A stretch of DNA of 64,000 nucleotides from Acidobacteriota bacterium (GCA_963668095.1 OY764083.1:1521085-1585084); one strand, 5' to 3'. Counted from the stretch's first letter, positions 37,398 to 47,243 are shown. Translations and numbers: made by a program. The notes: generated by a model not told the origin, from the letters alone.

Positions 37398-39530
37398 ATG
37401 AAGATTTCCACGATCCTCGACAAGATTGACGAAAAGCAGCTATTCGTACCTGCGTTTCAGCGCGAGTATGTCTGGAAACGCGATGACGCGAGGCTGTTGA
37501 TAGATTCGTTGATAAAGGAATATCCGACGGGCACGATGCTCACTTGGGAAACTGATCAACCGCCCGAGTTTAAGGGGCCGCATAAGTACAACTCGAAACA
37601 AGGTGCAGTTCGCCTCCTACTCGACGGCCAACAGCGTGTCACAACACTTTACATGCTGATCCGAGGTGAGTTTCCACCTTATTATACGGCGGCTGAGATC
37701 ATGGCTGACCCACGCGGGCTCTATGTAAACGTTGATACATTAGAATTAGCTTACTACATGAAGATAAGAATGGAAAGGAACCCGCTTTGGCTGGACATCA
37801 CTGAATTGTTTCGTGGTAAGATAGACGCGTTTGACTTGGAGCCTGCCTGTTCCGCTATCGGCAAAAGCCTCACAATCGATGAGCTTAAGCGGTACAACAA
37901 GAATATCAACGCAATTAAACAAATCGTGGGTCGTGAATTTCCTGAACAAACGATCCCGATCAAAGCCAATATCCGGGAAGCCATCGACATATTCTATAAA
38001 GTAAACGCCAGCGGTGTTGCGCTGACAGAGGCCGAGTTGGCTATGGCACAGATTTGCGGGTATTGGCCGGAGGCTCGCGACCTCTTTAAGGTCAAGCTTG
38101 CTGAACTGGAAAAGTCAGGCTTCGGATTTCGGCTGGATTTCTTGGTATATGTGCTGCTCGGATGTGTGCATCACATGGGCTCGGATATGCGCAAGCTTCA
38201 TGCTCAGGATAACAAGGCTGCCCTTCAATCGGCGTGGAAACGGCTCGACGAGCAGGTCCTTGACTACGTCGTGAATTTACTCCGGGCGAGCGCGTTTGTG
38301 GACCACTTCCGTGAAATCAACTCGCCTTACGCGCTGGTCCCAATCATCGTCTACTGCTTCGACAAGGAGGGCACACCCCTGACGGATCTAGAGATTCGGA
38401 AGATGGTGAAGTGGTTTTACTATTCTCAGATTCGATCACGCTACGTCAGCCAGCTTCCACAAAAGCTTGATCGCGATCTTCGCACGTTGACCGAATCGGA
38501 ACAGCCATTTGACGATCTTCTGCAGGTGATCGCAGAGGAGCGCCCGCTCGAAGTGCTCCCACTAGAGTTCGAAGGCCGGGCGACCCGACACCCCTTGTTC
38601 AGCATGGTCCGATGGTATTTGAAGAGCCGAGGAGCAGTATGCCTAACAACTGGTGTCAGTCTCCACAAGAATATGGGCAAGAAGTACCAGATCGAGATGG
38701 ATCACATCTTTCCCTTTTCCCGGTTGAAGCGCAAAGGCTACGGAAGGGGCAACCGTATCAAGTATGCCCTGGCTCAGGAATTCACCAATCGCGCACTGTT
38801 GACCCAAGTAGCGAACCGCAGCAAGGCCGCGATGGATCCCGCGCGCTATCTGGCGGATGTCGCGGAAAAGTTTCCCAATGCGCTTGATTTGCAGTGCATT
38901 CCTATCGATCAGAAATTGTGGAAAATAGATAACTATGAGAGATTTCTGGAGAGCCGCCGAGCGCTTCTCGCTTCTCACATCAATGCGTATCTCAACAGTA
39001 TCACTGTTACGGAAGAGGTCTTCGTGCCCGCGTCGATCGAGGATCTCATCAAGGATGGTGAGAGCGATGAGTTGGAGTTTAAGGCAACTCTGCGCTGGGA
39101 CATCATAGAGGGCAAGGTCAACAAAAAGCTTGAACAGGTCATCGTAAAAACTGTGGCTGCGTTCGCCAATGCACAAGGCGGGAGTTTGCTCATCGGCGTT
39201 GATAATGACGGGCGAGCAGTCGGCCTGTCCCGTGATTATGAATCACTCGGCGAAGCCAGTAGAGATCGGTTCGAGGTGCATCTGCGTAACGTGCTTAACC
39301 AGCAGCTTGGCCCGACTTTCGTTGCCAGCAAGATTAAAACCCAGTTTCATGCAGTGGATGATGGCGACGTGTGCCAAGTTGACGTAACCACGGCTAAGGA
39401 GCCGGTGATTGTCGCGATCAAAGACAAGAATGGTCGGTTGTTGGAGAAGTTCTACGTAAGAAGTGGGAACTCGTCTCAGGAAATCCCGATGAGTGAGATG
39501 ACTTCCTACGTCAAAGAGCGGTTTGGATAA
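37398..39530 (+). CDS. GmrSD-family type IV restriction-like protein (DUF262 + DUF1524/HNH) with C-terminal AlbA_2/Schlafen-like domain
   Basis: The N-terminus has FQREYVW...DGQQRVTTLYML (DUF262 / ParB-like). The middle has IEMDHIFPFS (a DUF1524 His-Me finger). The C-terminal ~150 aa (ESDELEFK...VAAFANAQGGSLLIGVDNDGRAVGL) match the AlbA_2 (divergent AAA / Schlafen-type) domain. Local GC is about 50%. Confidence 0.7.
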   Translation: MKISTILDKIDEKQLFVPAFQREYVWKRDDARLLIDSLIKEYPTGTMLTWETDQPPEFKGPHKYNSKQGAVRLLLDGQQRVTTLYMLIRGEFPPYYTAAEIMADPRGLYVNVDTLELAYYMKIRMERNPLWLDITELFRGKIDAFDLEPACSAIGKSLTIDELKRYNKNINAIKQIVGREFPEQTIPIKANIREAIDIFYKVNASGVALTEAELAMAQICGYWPEARDLFKVKLAELEKSGFGFRLDFLVYVLLGCVHHMGSDMRKLHAQDNKAALQSAWKRLDEQVLDYVVNLLRASAFVDHFREINSPYALVPIIVYCFDKEGTPLTDLEIRKMVKWFYYSQIRSRYVSQLPQKLDRDLRTLTESEQPFDDLLQVIAEERPLEVLPLEFEGRATRHPLFSMVRWYLKSRGAVCLTTGVSLHKNMGKKYQIEMDHIFPFSRLKRKGYGRGNRIKYALAQEFTNRALLTQVANRSKAAMDPARYLADVAEKFPNALDLQCIPIDQKLWKIDNYERFLESRRALLASHINAYLNSITVTEEVFVPASIEDLIKDGESDELEFKATLRWDIIEGKVNKKLEQVIVKTVAAFANAQGGSLLIGVDNDGRAVGLSRDYESLGEASRDRFEVHLRNVLNQQLGPTFVASKIKTQFHAVDDGDVCQVDVTTAKEPVIVAIKDKNGRLLEKFYVRSGNSSQEIPMSEMTSYVKERFG

Positions 39531-39574
39531 ATGTGCGGGTTCAGCGAGACGGCTCGCGAAGACGTCCCTCTAGC

Positions 39575-39598
39575 GGGAGAAGTGACTGTCCCTTTCCC
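39575..39598 (-). repeat. GGGACAGTCAC motif copy
   Basis: The reverse complement reads gggaaagggacagtcacttctccc. It sits immediately downstream of the GmrSD-AlbA gene. Confidence 0.75.
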
Positions 39599-39654
39599 GC
39601 CCCTACAAACGAGGACGGCGTGGTCCGCGAGAGTCTCCTTGCCATCGTGCCGGT

Positions 39655-39939
39655 TCAGTTGTCCGCCGGCACCAGCGCTACCGTCAGCCGCGTTCCGGTC
39701 GCTTCGGCGTAGCGACGCAAGGTGGCAATAGACGGCGAAACGCCGCCGCCTTCCAGCCTTGCGACCGCGGACTGAGTCGTGCCGAGACGGCGCGCAAGTT
39801 CCTCCTGCGTCAGCCTCGCTGCGGTTCGGGCGCGAATCAGCGCCTCGATCAGTGCGAACTCCTCATCGGCCCGCGCGTATTCCTCCCGGAATTCAGGGTC
39901 CTTCATGAGGCGCTTCTTCAGGTCTTTTAGTCTCGTCAT
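39655..39939 (-). CDS. XRE-family HTH regulator (antitoxin-like)
   Basis: 94 aa with the HTH LTQEELARRLGTTQSAVARLE. It lies directly downstream of hsdR with no cognate toxin gene adjacent. Confidence 0.7.
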   Translation of the reverse strand: MTRLKDLKKRLMKDPEFREEYARADEEFALIEALIRARTAARLTQEELARRLGTTQSAVARLEGGGVSPSIATLRRYAEATGTRLTVALVPADN

Positions 39940-39943
39940 GTTG

Positions 39944-42900
39944 TCACCTGCTTACGGAGGGTCGCCCAAGCGTGGCAACCGGGCGGTACGCGAGCCGGAA
40001 CGACGTATCGCTAACCCAACTTTTGAAATCCGGATCGTCCATGAACTTCTTGAACAACTGAGTATCGTCCTTCATTACGGCCATCATGACTCGCAAAAGA
40101 GCGTTGTCGTGCTCGATGCGCGCGTTTTCCCGGTCCGAGTTTTCTTGAGCGTTCTTGAAAGCGGTGTCCTGCGCGACTCGTGAAGGAATCGTTTCGGTGA
40201 TGAGCCGGTGCACGCGGTCCGCGTCCTCCCAGGGAATGTTGCCGAAGAGATCGTTGAAAGCCTTGATGATGTTCGAGAGGCGGTCCAACTCGGTCTCGCC
40301 AGGGCTACCGGGACCGGAGTCCCAACCGGGGCTGATCTCGGCATCCTCATCCGACAGAATGATCTTCTGCACCGCCCGTTTCTCGACCCGGTAGCTGTCC
40401 ATGTCGATGGCGTCGAGGATGCCCTTTGACAGATCGTCCTCACGCGGCGACGGCAGCTTCGAGACCAGGAAATTCAGGAAAATCGAGCGTTCTTCCCACC
40501 CGGCATTGTTGTACGGAAGGACCGAGGAGAGGATGGCGTAGGTTCTCAGGAAACCCTTGGCCTGGCGCTTGAACTGAACCTGCTCGTCTTTCTCCAGGTC
40601 CTGCAGGTACGCCGCCACGCAGGCATCGAGGATGGGATCGAGTTCCTCACGGTCCTCGCCGGCCAAGTAGCGCGACACGAACTCTTTGACCTGCTGGCGG
40701 GAATAGACCTGGGCGCCGTCCAGATCTGCCTGGAGGTCGTGCAGCTTGTTGGGATCGGTCTCGTCGGCCAGGATCGTCGCTCGATAGTAGTCGGCGAAGG
40801 CGTCGCGGATGGTGTCCGACTCGTTCAGGAAATCCAGCACGAACACGTCGTGCTTCTTGGGGTGCGCCCGGTTGAGCCGGGAGAGGGTCTGGACCGCCTT
40901 GATGCCGGAGAGCGTCTTGTCAACGTACATCGTGTGCAGCAGAGGTTCGTCGTAGCCGGTCTGGAACTTGTCCGCACAGACCAGAAAGCGGTACGGATCC
41001 TCCCGGAACCTCTCGGCAATCTTGTTCGACGGAAAGCCGTTCAGCTTAGGCTCGCTCAGCTTCGCCCCGCCGTACTCATGCTTCCCCGAGAAGGCCACGA
41101 TGGCCTAGTAGCGGCTCTTTCGTTCCTTCAGGTAGTCGCGGATGGCATGGTAGTACTGGATCGCCCGTTCAATCCCGTTGGTGACGACCATCGCCCGGGC
41201 TCTGCCGCCGATCTTGCCACGGGACAGGACCTGGGTGTGGAAGTGGTCCACCATGATCTCCGACTTGAGGCGGATCGCGTGGTCGTGCCCTTCGACGTAG
41301 CGCCGCAGCTTCCTGCGGGCCTTCTTAACGTCGAATTCGGGATCGTCCTCCACCGCCTTGGCGAGCTTGTAGTAGCTCCTGACCGGCGTGTAGTGGCGCA
41401 GCACGTCCAGGATGAAACCCTCCTGGATCGCCTGCTTCATGCTGTAGGTGTGAAAGGCGTGATGCCGGACCGTACCGTCGCTCTGCGGGTCCGCATCGCC
41501 GAAGATCTCCAGCGTCTTGTTCTTGGGCGTGGCGGTGAAGGCGAAGTAGCTGGCGTTGGAAAGGATCTTGCGCGATTCCATCACGCGGCTGATCCGATCC
41601 TCGTAGGTTTCCTCGTCCTCGGCTTCTCCCGCCTTGCCCAGCGCCTTGGACATGGCTGCGGCGGTGCGGCCCCCCTGGCTTGAGTGGGCCTCGTCGATGA
41701 TGATGGCAAAATGCCTCCCGCGATGTTCGTTGCCGATCTCATCGAGAATGAAGGGGAACTTCTGGATCGTCGAGATTATGATCTTCTTGCCGGACTCAAT
41801 GAACCGCCGCAGGTCGCCAGAACGCTCAGCGTGTCCCACCGTCGAGCGCACCTGGGCGTATTTCCTGATCGTGTCTCGGATCTGCCGGTCGAGGATACGG
41901 CGGTCGGTGACGACGATGATCGAGTCGAAGACCGGAGCGTCGTCCTTTTCCAGCCGGATCAGTTGGTGGGCCAGCCATGCGATCGAAAAGCTCTTCCCGC
42001 TACCCGCCGAGTGCTGGACCAGATAACGCTTCCCCGCGCCGCGGGCTCCCGCGTCGGCCAGGAGCTCGCGCACCGCGTCGATCTGGTGATAACGCGGCCA
42101 GATCTGGACTCGCCGCTTCTTCCCCGTCTTGGCGTCCTTCGATTCCACGACCTGGGCGTAGTTCTCAAGGATGTTGGTCAGGCTCCGGCGGGTCAGCACC
42201 TGGCGCCAAAGGTAGTTCGACCGCAGGCCGTTGGGGTTGGGAGGGTTTCCCGCACCGTCATTCCAACCCCGGTTGAAGGGCAGGAACCAGGAGGCCTTTC
42301 CCTTGAGATGGGTGCAGAAACGGACCTCGTTCTCGTCTACCGCGAAGTGGGCCGCACAACGGCCGAACTCGAAGAGCTTCTCGCGCGGGTTGCGGTCCTT
42401 CCTGTACTGCTCCATGGCGTCGCTCACCGTCTGCTTGGTGAGGCGGTTCTTGAGTTCGAAGGTGAAGACGGGAAGGCCATTGATGAAAAGTCCGATGTCG
42501 AGTGCGCGGTGGGTGCCGTGCCGGCCGTAGCGGAGCTGACGGGTGACGGTGAAGCGATTCTGCCGGAAGCGCCTCTTGGCCTGCTCGTTCTCGGGCGAGG
42601 GGGTTCCGTAGAAGAGGTCGAGTTCGTGGGGACCGTGCCGGATGCCGTTTCGGAGGATGTCGATGGTGCCGCGTTTGGAGATCTCGCCCTGCAACCGGGC
42701 AAGGAACCTGCGGCGTCCGGGGCCGTCTTCGGTCAGTCGCAGGGCCGTGGCGGTTTCGGGTTGGGTGGTTTTCAGGAAGGCGCGGAGTTGGACCAGATCG
42801 ACGCAGTACTCACGATTGTAGTCGCGGTGGTTGCCGCAGGACCAGCCGACGCCACCGTAGCTGGCGGGGGGTTGGCTGACCGTACCCGTTGCCGGCGGGT

Positions 42901-42973
42901 CGCAGGGATCGCCGGTCAGGGCCTTGCAGATAAGACTTTCAAGGCCGCGTTCGGTCGTGTCGGTGGTCGCCAT
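39944..42973 (-). pseudogene. hsdR: type I restriction enzyme R subunit (HsdR) interrupted by one in-frame TAG
   Basis: N-terminal nuclease and helicase motifs (HSAGSGKS, IIDEAHSSQ) sit in 41105-42973. The C-terminal HsdR domain sits in 39944-41098, in the same frame. A single amber codon at 41105-41107 (...KSRY*AIVAFSGK...) separates the two halves. Confidence 0.85.
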
Positions 42974-43009
42974 AGAACACGCCCGCAGTCAGATCGGGAC
43001 TTCCATTTA

Positions 43010-43306
43010 TTACCCGGGCCCCATCTGTTCAACAACGGTCCACATATCGTCAACACGTTGCTGAATACGTCGCCAGGACGCCGCCTGCAATTCGACGATC
43101 GCCAATCGCCTGTCCGCGAGGTTTTGTTGAAGACGGAGATTCTGATCCGTCGTCACCAAGAGCCGATAGCCATCCGTTTCTGCTTGGTCGAGCAATTTGC
43201 TATTGCGAAGACTCGACCACCCTCGCTCGAAGGCGGTATGCACCACATGTGTGGGCAGATGCCGGCGAAGCGGGGCCGGCCCACCCTGATCAAACAGTAT
43301 TTTCAA
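43010..43306 (-). CDS. DUF5615-family PIN-like protein (putative toxin)
   Basis: LKILFDQG...LLVTTDQNL...LAIVEL matches DUF5615. A TTG start overlaps the DUF433 stop (TTGA). Confidence 0.5.
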   Translation of the reverse strand: MKILFDQGGPAPLRRHLPTHVVHTAFERGWSSLRNSKLLDQAETDGYRLLVTTDQNLRLQQNLADRRLAIVELQAASWRRIQQRVDDMWTVVEQMGPG

Positions 43307-43527
43307 GGCAGCGAGTCCTTCAAGTCCCAGGTCTCGTGGTCGAGAACACTTTCGACCTGCCAGCGTCCAACGCCTGGGAACCACTCCAGAAACTGTTCAA
43401 TCGTGGCGCCATCTCTGAGGTTTTCGAACAGCGCCGCAACGGATACTCGCGTGTCGCAAAATACCCAGGCTCCGCTGACCTTTTCCGGGTCGCGCTCGAC
43501 GGCAGAACACGTCTTCCATCTGGTCAT
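43303..43527 (-). CDS. DUF433-family protein (putative antitoxin partner)
   Basis: VFCDTRVSVAALFENLRDGATIEQFLEWFPGV matches DUF433. It is embedded between hsdS and hsdR. Confidence 0.55.
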   Translation of the reverse strand: MTRWKTCSAVERDPEKVSGAWVFCDTRVSVAALFENLRDGATIEQFLEWFPGVGRWQVESVLDHETWDLKDSLP

Positions 43528-44915
43528 CGAGCTACGTCCTCTGGCATCTCAGTAGTGTTTTCAAGCTTGATCGTGTCTGTCGGCGCGTCGAGTTCTTCCG
43601 ACATTGCGACCGCCGCCTCGCGGACATCGAGCTTACCCGTGACGACATCGGCGATCAGGCGCGCGCGGTATTCGCGGAGCATTTCGATTTGCCGGCGGGT
43701 CCGATTGATGATGTGGTCGGTCTCAAGGATAATCTCGTTTAGAAACTCGACGATAGCCTGCTGCTCGCCGACCGTTGGTACCGGCACGGGAATCTGTCCA
43801 CATTGGTCAAAATAGAGACGCAGTCTCATATCCATGATACCCCTAGAGCGTTTCTTGAACTGTGCCAGATAGATCCGTGTTCTGAACAGGTGATGGTAAT
43901 AGTCTGACGCTAGATCAACAATTGGCATTAATATATCATATGCGGGGCTCGTAACACCATCATAATGGGAAACTCCAACAGCGCCCATCCACGCTAACAA
44001 CTTATTTAAGATTAAATCTCCCTTTTTCACAATCCAATAATCATCAGTTGTTGAAGCCTTATTACCTTTTTCCTCAAGTTCCTTTCTAGGACGCACTCCA
44101 ATATGTGTGTAAATCGATAAAAGCTCCCTGCCGTGCGCAACACCTGATTTTTCCGTTCGTAGTCTGAACATCGTCTTTATCCGCCGCACTTCCCAATGCG
44201 CCGGAACATGGGCGAATCCGTCCACGCCGGAGGCGTTGTAGGCTGGGTAGGGCTGGCCAGTTCGGACATCGATCTGGCCCGTCACGGCTTGGTGGATGAT
44301 GGCCTGCTTCTGCTCCTCCAGAAGCTCGATCAGCCTTTCCTTGGCCCGGATGTAGCGCCGGATGCGACTGTCGGCGTGATCGAGGAAGCGGCCGATTTCA
44401 GCTTGCTCACCTGCCGGAGGAACGGGGAATGGGGCTCCAAGAAAGGCATCGTCCGTCAACTGGAGGCGGGATATCCAGATACCCTTAGAGCGTACTCGCA
44501 GTTCCCAATTGAATGGTTCCGAACGCAGGAGCGTGTCGATGTAGGCGGCGGATACGTCCATCGGGTGCCTTAAGCGGTATACGCCGTAGGCAGTGCTAAC
44601 GATGCCGTGGCACTGAGATATTCCTAGCCCACGGCTCCATGCCCATAGGCTATTGATGACAAGATCCCCAGGCCAGCAAAGCTTATGACCAACGTAGGAT
44701 TCAGCCTTAAACATCGTGACAGCGGTAGACTTCCTCGGTACGACCCCACGGTCTGACGACACTGTGAGCAACTCTTCTTCCCCAGTTGCCGAACGCTCAT
44801 CGATACAGCGGAAGAGTACTTTGCCACGCAGAACTTCCCAGTGCTCAGGTATAAGACCCAACCATTCCACACCAGAATCCATGTAGGTCGGATAGGGCTT
44901 GAGATCGGTGATCAT
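43524..44915 (-). CDS. hsdS: type I restriction-modification specificity subunit (HsdS)
   Basis: Two target-recognition-domain halves with a conserved central and C-terminal coiled region. A 4-nt overlap links it with hsdM. The second TRD (about 43840-44110) is markedly AT-rich. Confidence 0.85.
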   Translation of the reverse strand: MITDLKPYPTYMDSGVEWLGLIPEHWEVLRGKVLFRCIDERSATGEEELLTVSSDRGVVPRKSTAVTMFKAESYVGHKLCWPGDLVINSLWAWSRGLGISQCHGIVSTAYGVYRLRHPMDVSAAYIDTLLRSEPFNWELRVRSKGIWISRLQLTDDAFLGAPFPVPPAGEQAEIGRFLDHADSRIRRYIRAKERLIELLEEQKQAIIHQAVTGQIDVRTGQPYPAYNASGVDGFAHVPAHWEVRRIKTMFRLRTEKSGVAHGRELLSIYTHIGVRPRKELEEKGNKASTTDDYWIVKKGDLILNKLLAWMGAVGVSHYDGVTSPAYDILMPIVDLASDYYHHLFRTRIYLAQFKKRSRGIMDMRLRLYFDQCGQIPVPVPTVGEQQAIVEFLNEIILETDHIINRTRRQIEMLREYRARLIADVVTGKLDVREAAVAMSEELDAPTDTIKLENTTEMPEDVAR

Positions 44916-46894
44916 GACCCTCCTTCGCCCAGGATCTCAGTTAGCAACCCTTCCGTCTCTTGCTCCAGCGCCAGGATGTCAGCGCGGATCTCTTCCAGCG
45001 TGCGCATCGGCTCAGGCTTGTAGAAATATCGATTGAAACTGATTTCGTAGCCGATCTTCACTTTTTTCGGCGGATACCATGCGTCGCCGGCATAGGGTAC
45101 AACCTCGCGAATCAAGAACCCATCAATGCCTCCCTCCTCCAACAGAGGGATCTGTTCGGTGTCGCGCAGATTGGTGTCCGGTTCGTACTCCACCACGGCA
45201 GATCGCCCATTGATGGTAGTTCTGAATAGGCCGTGAAGGGGGTTGGGTTCGGTCCCCCGCTTGTGAATCTTTTTGATCACGGCCGGTGCCGTCTCACTCC
45301 GCTCGCCACTTGCTTTCAGTCTTCTGATCTCCGCAGCCTTGTATGCACGGCTGGAGTCAATACCTTCGATCCGCAACGGCCTTTCCACCGTCACCTTCCA
45401 GTAGCCGAAGGCGGCATTGTCGAAGATCTTGCTCTCCTCGTTCTCCTCGAACCCGAGGAACGTCTCGCAGATCCAAGCAATGTCCTCTTCAGCGAGTTCG
45501 CAGTTCTTCTTTCCCAGGTTTTTCCGCAAAGGCTGGAATCTCTTCGTAGCGTCGATTAGCTGCACCTTGCCCTTCCGGTGATCCGGTTTCCGGTTTGTGA
45601 GGACCCAGACATAGGTGGCGATGCCGGTGTTGTAGAACATGTTGAGCGGCAGAGCGACGATCGCTTCCAACCAGTCGTTCTCGATGATCCAACGACGGAT
45701 GTTGCTCTCCCCCTGGCCGGCATCACCAGTGAAAAGGGAACTGCCGTTATGGACCTCGGCGATCCGGCTGCCGAGGGGCGTATGCTCCTTCATCTTGGAG
45801 AGTTTGTTGGCGAGAAACAACATCTGACCGTCGCTGGTCCGTGTGACCAGGGAACATTCGGGATCGCCCGCATGCTCGATCACGAAACGCGGGTCGAGCA
45901 TCTCCTTCTTGCCGCCCATGCGCGCCAAGTCGCTCTTCCAGCTCTTGCCGTAGGGTGGATTGGAGAGCATGAAGTCGAACTCGCTGGACGGGAAAGCGTC
46001 GTTGGCGAGTGTCGAGTGCTCGGGTCCGCCCACGATGTTGTCGGCCGCCGCGCCTTCCCCTTTCAGCAGCAGGTCGGCCTTGCAGATGGCGTAAGTCTCG
46101 GCGTTGATCTCCTGGCCGTAGAGGTGGGTGGAGACCTTCTTGCCCCGCTCGGCAGCGAGCCGCGACAGGGTCTCCTCGGCCACCGTCAACATGCCGCCGG
46201 TCCCGCAGGCGCCGTCGTAGAGCAGGTAAGTTCCGGACTTGATCTCGTCGGCGATGGGTAGGAAGAGGAGCTTCGCCATAAGCGTCACGGCGTCCCGCGG
46301 GGTCCAGTGTTCCCCCGCCTCCTCGTTGTTCTCCTCGTTGAAGCGCCGGACCAGCTCTTCGAAGATCGACCCAATCCCGTGGTTGTCGAGGCCGGGATGC
46401 CGCACGGACCTGTCAGCATTCAGGACCGGGTCGGGACTCAGATTGATTTCCGGCGAAGTGAGCTTCTCGATCATCGAGCCCAAGGCATCGGCCCTGGACA
46501 GCCGTGGAATCTGGTTGCGGAATTCGAAGTTGTCCAGAATGTCCTGAACGTTGGGAGAAAAGCCGTCCAGGTAGGCCTTGAAGTCGGCCGTGAGCTGCTG
46601 CCGGTTGCCGCGGGACCTCAAGTCGCGCAAGGTGAACTTCGAGGTGTTGTAGAATTCCTGTTCCGAGGCCTGCCGCAGGGCCGGATCCTGCTCGACGATA
46701 CCCAGCCCATCGAGACTGGCTTTCATATCAAGCACGGCCTGCTTCGTGTCCTCGAGCACCACATCCAGCCGCCGCAGGACGGTCATGGGAAGAATGACGT
46801 CGCGGTACTTGCCACGCACGTAGAGATCGCGCAGAACGTCGTCGGCGATGCCCCAGATGTAGTTGGCGATCCAGTTCAGATCGTTGCTGCTCAT
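44912..46894 (-). CDS. hsdM: type I restriction-modification N6-adenine methyltransferase subunit (HsdM)
   Basis: The NPPY motif (LSNPPYGKSW), the AdoMet motif (DGACGTGGML) and an HsdM N-terminal domain. The ORF track extends to 46975; the start is placed here at MSSNDLNW. Confidence 0.9.
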   Translation of the reverse strand: MSSNDLNWIANYIWGIADDVLRDLYVRGKYRDVILPMTVLRRLDVVLEDTKQAVLDMKASLDGLGIVEQDPALRQASEQEFYNTSKFTLRDLRSRGNRQQLTADFKAYLDGFSPNVQDILDNFEFRNQIPRLSRADALGSMIEKLTSPEINLSPDPVLNADRSVRHPGLDNHGIGSIFEELVRRFNEENNEEAGEHWTPRDAVTLMAKLLFLPIADEIKSGTYLLYDGACGTGGMLTVAEETLSRLAAERGKKVSTHLYGQEINAETYAICKADLLLKGEGAAADNIVGGPEHSTLANDAFPSSEFDFMLSNPPYGKSWKSDLARMGGKKEMLDPRFVIEHAGDPECSLVTRTSDGQMLFLANKLSKMKEHTPLGSRIAEVHNGSSLFTGDAGQGESNIRRWIIENDWLEAIVALPLNMFYNTGIATYVWVLTNRKPDHRKGKVQLIDATKRFQPLRKNLGKKNCELAEEDIAWICETFLGFEENEESKIFDNAAFGYWKVTVERPLRIEGIDSSRAYKAAEIRRLKASGERSETAPAVIKKIHKRGTEPNPLHGLFRTTINGRSAVVEYEPDTNLRDTEQIPLLEEGGIDGFLIREVVPYAGDAWYPPKKVKIGYEISFNRYFYKPEPMRTLEEIRADILALEQETEGLLTEILGEGGS

Positions 46895-47220
46895 TGGATA
46901 CTCAGGATATCTCAAACTGTCCAGAATCCCAGGATACCGGGAGTATTCCGGCGGGATGAAACTTGGTCCTGGCATTGCGACACCGATTTGGTAGTGGACT
47001 CTCCCGTTCTCTCAGTGGAGCATCGGTTCTTCGTCCCGTGCGGGCGATCCGGCTCTTTTGCGGCCCCTGGAAAACGCGGAGACTTCTCGTATGCTCCCCC
47101 ACCGGTCGCGGGCCGGCGGAATCCAGACAGAAAAAGAATGGTCTGGGAGCGTCGGCTCTCCGCCGTCAGACTCCGATGGAGCCAGAGGAAGAGGAGCAAT
47201 GGGGGGACAAGAAAAAGCGT

Positions 47221-47243
47221 GAAGGGAACAGTCACGTTCTTGC
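47221..47243 (+). repeat. GGGAACAGTCACGTTCTTG motif copy
   Basis: It lies upstream of hsdM, at the boundary to an AT-rich segment and the IS elements. Confidence 0.7.

Noticed and set aside
41105-41107. Amber codon reassignment or stop-codon recoding as the explanation for the interrupted hsdR
   Set aside because: Other genes in the window terminate at TAG in sensible positions (for example the TPR protein at 53494-53496), so TAG functions as a stop. A nonsense mutation or sequencing error is more parsimonious.
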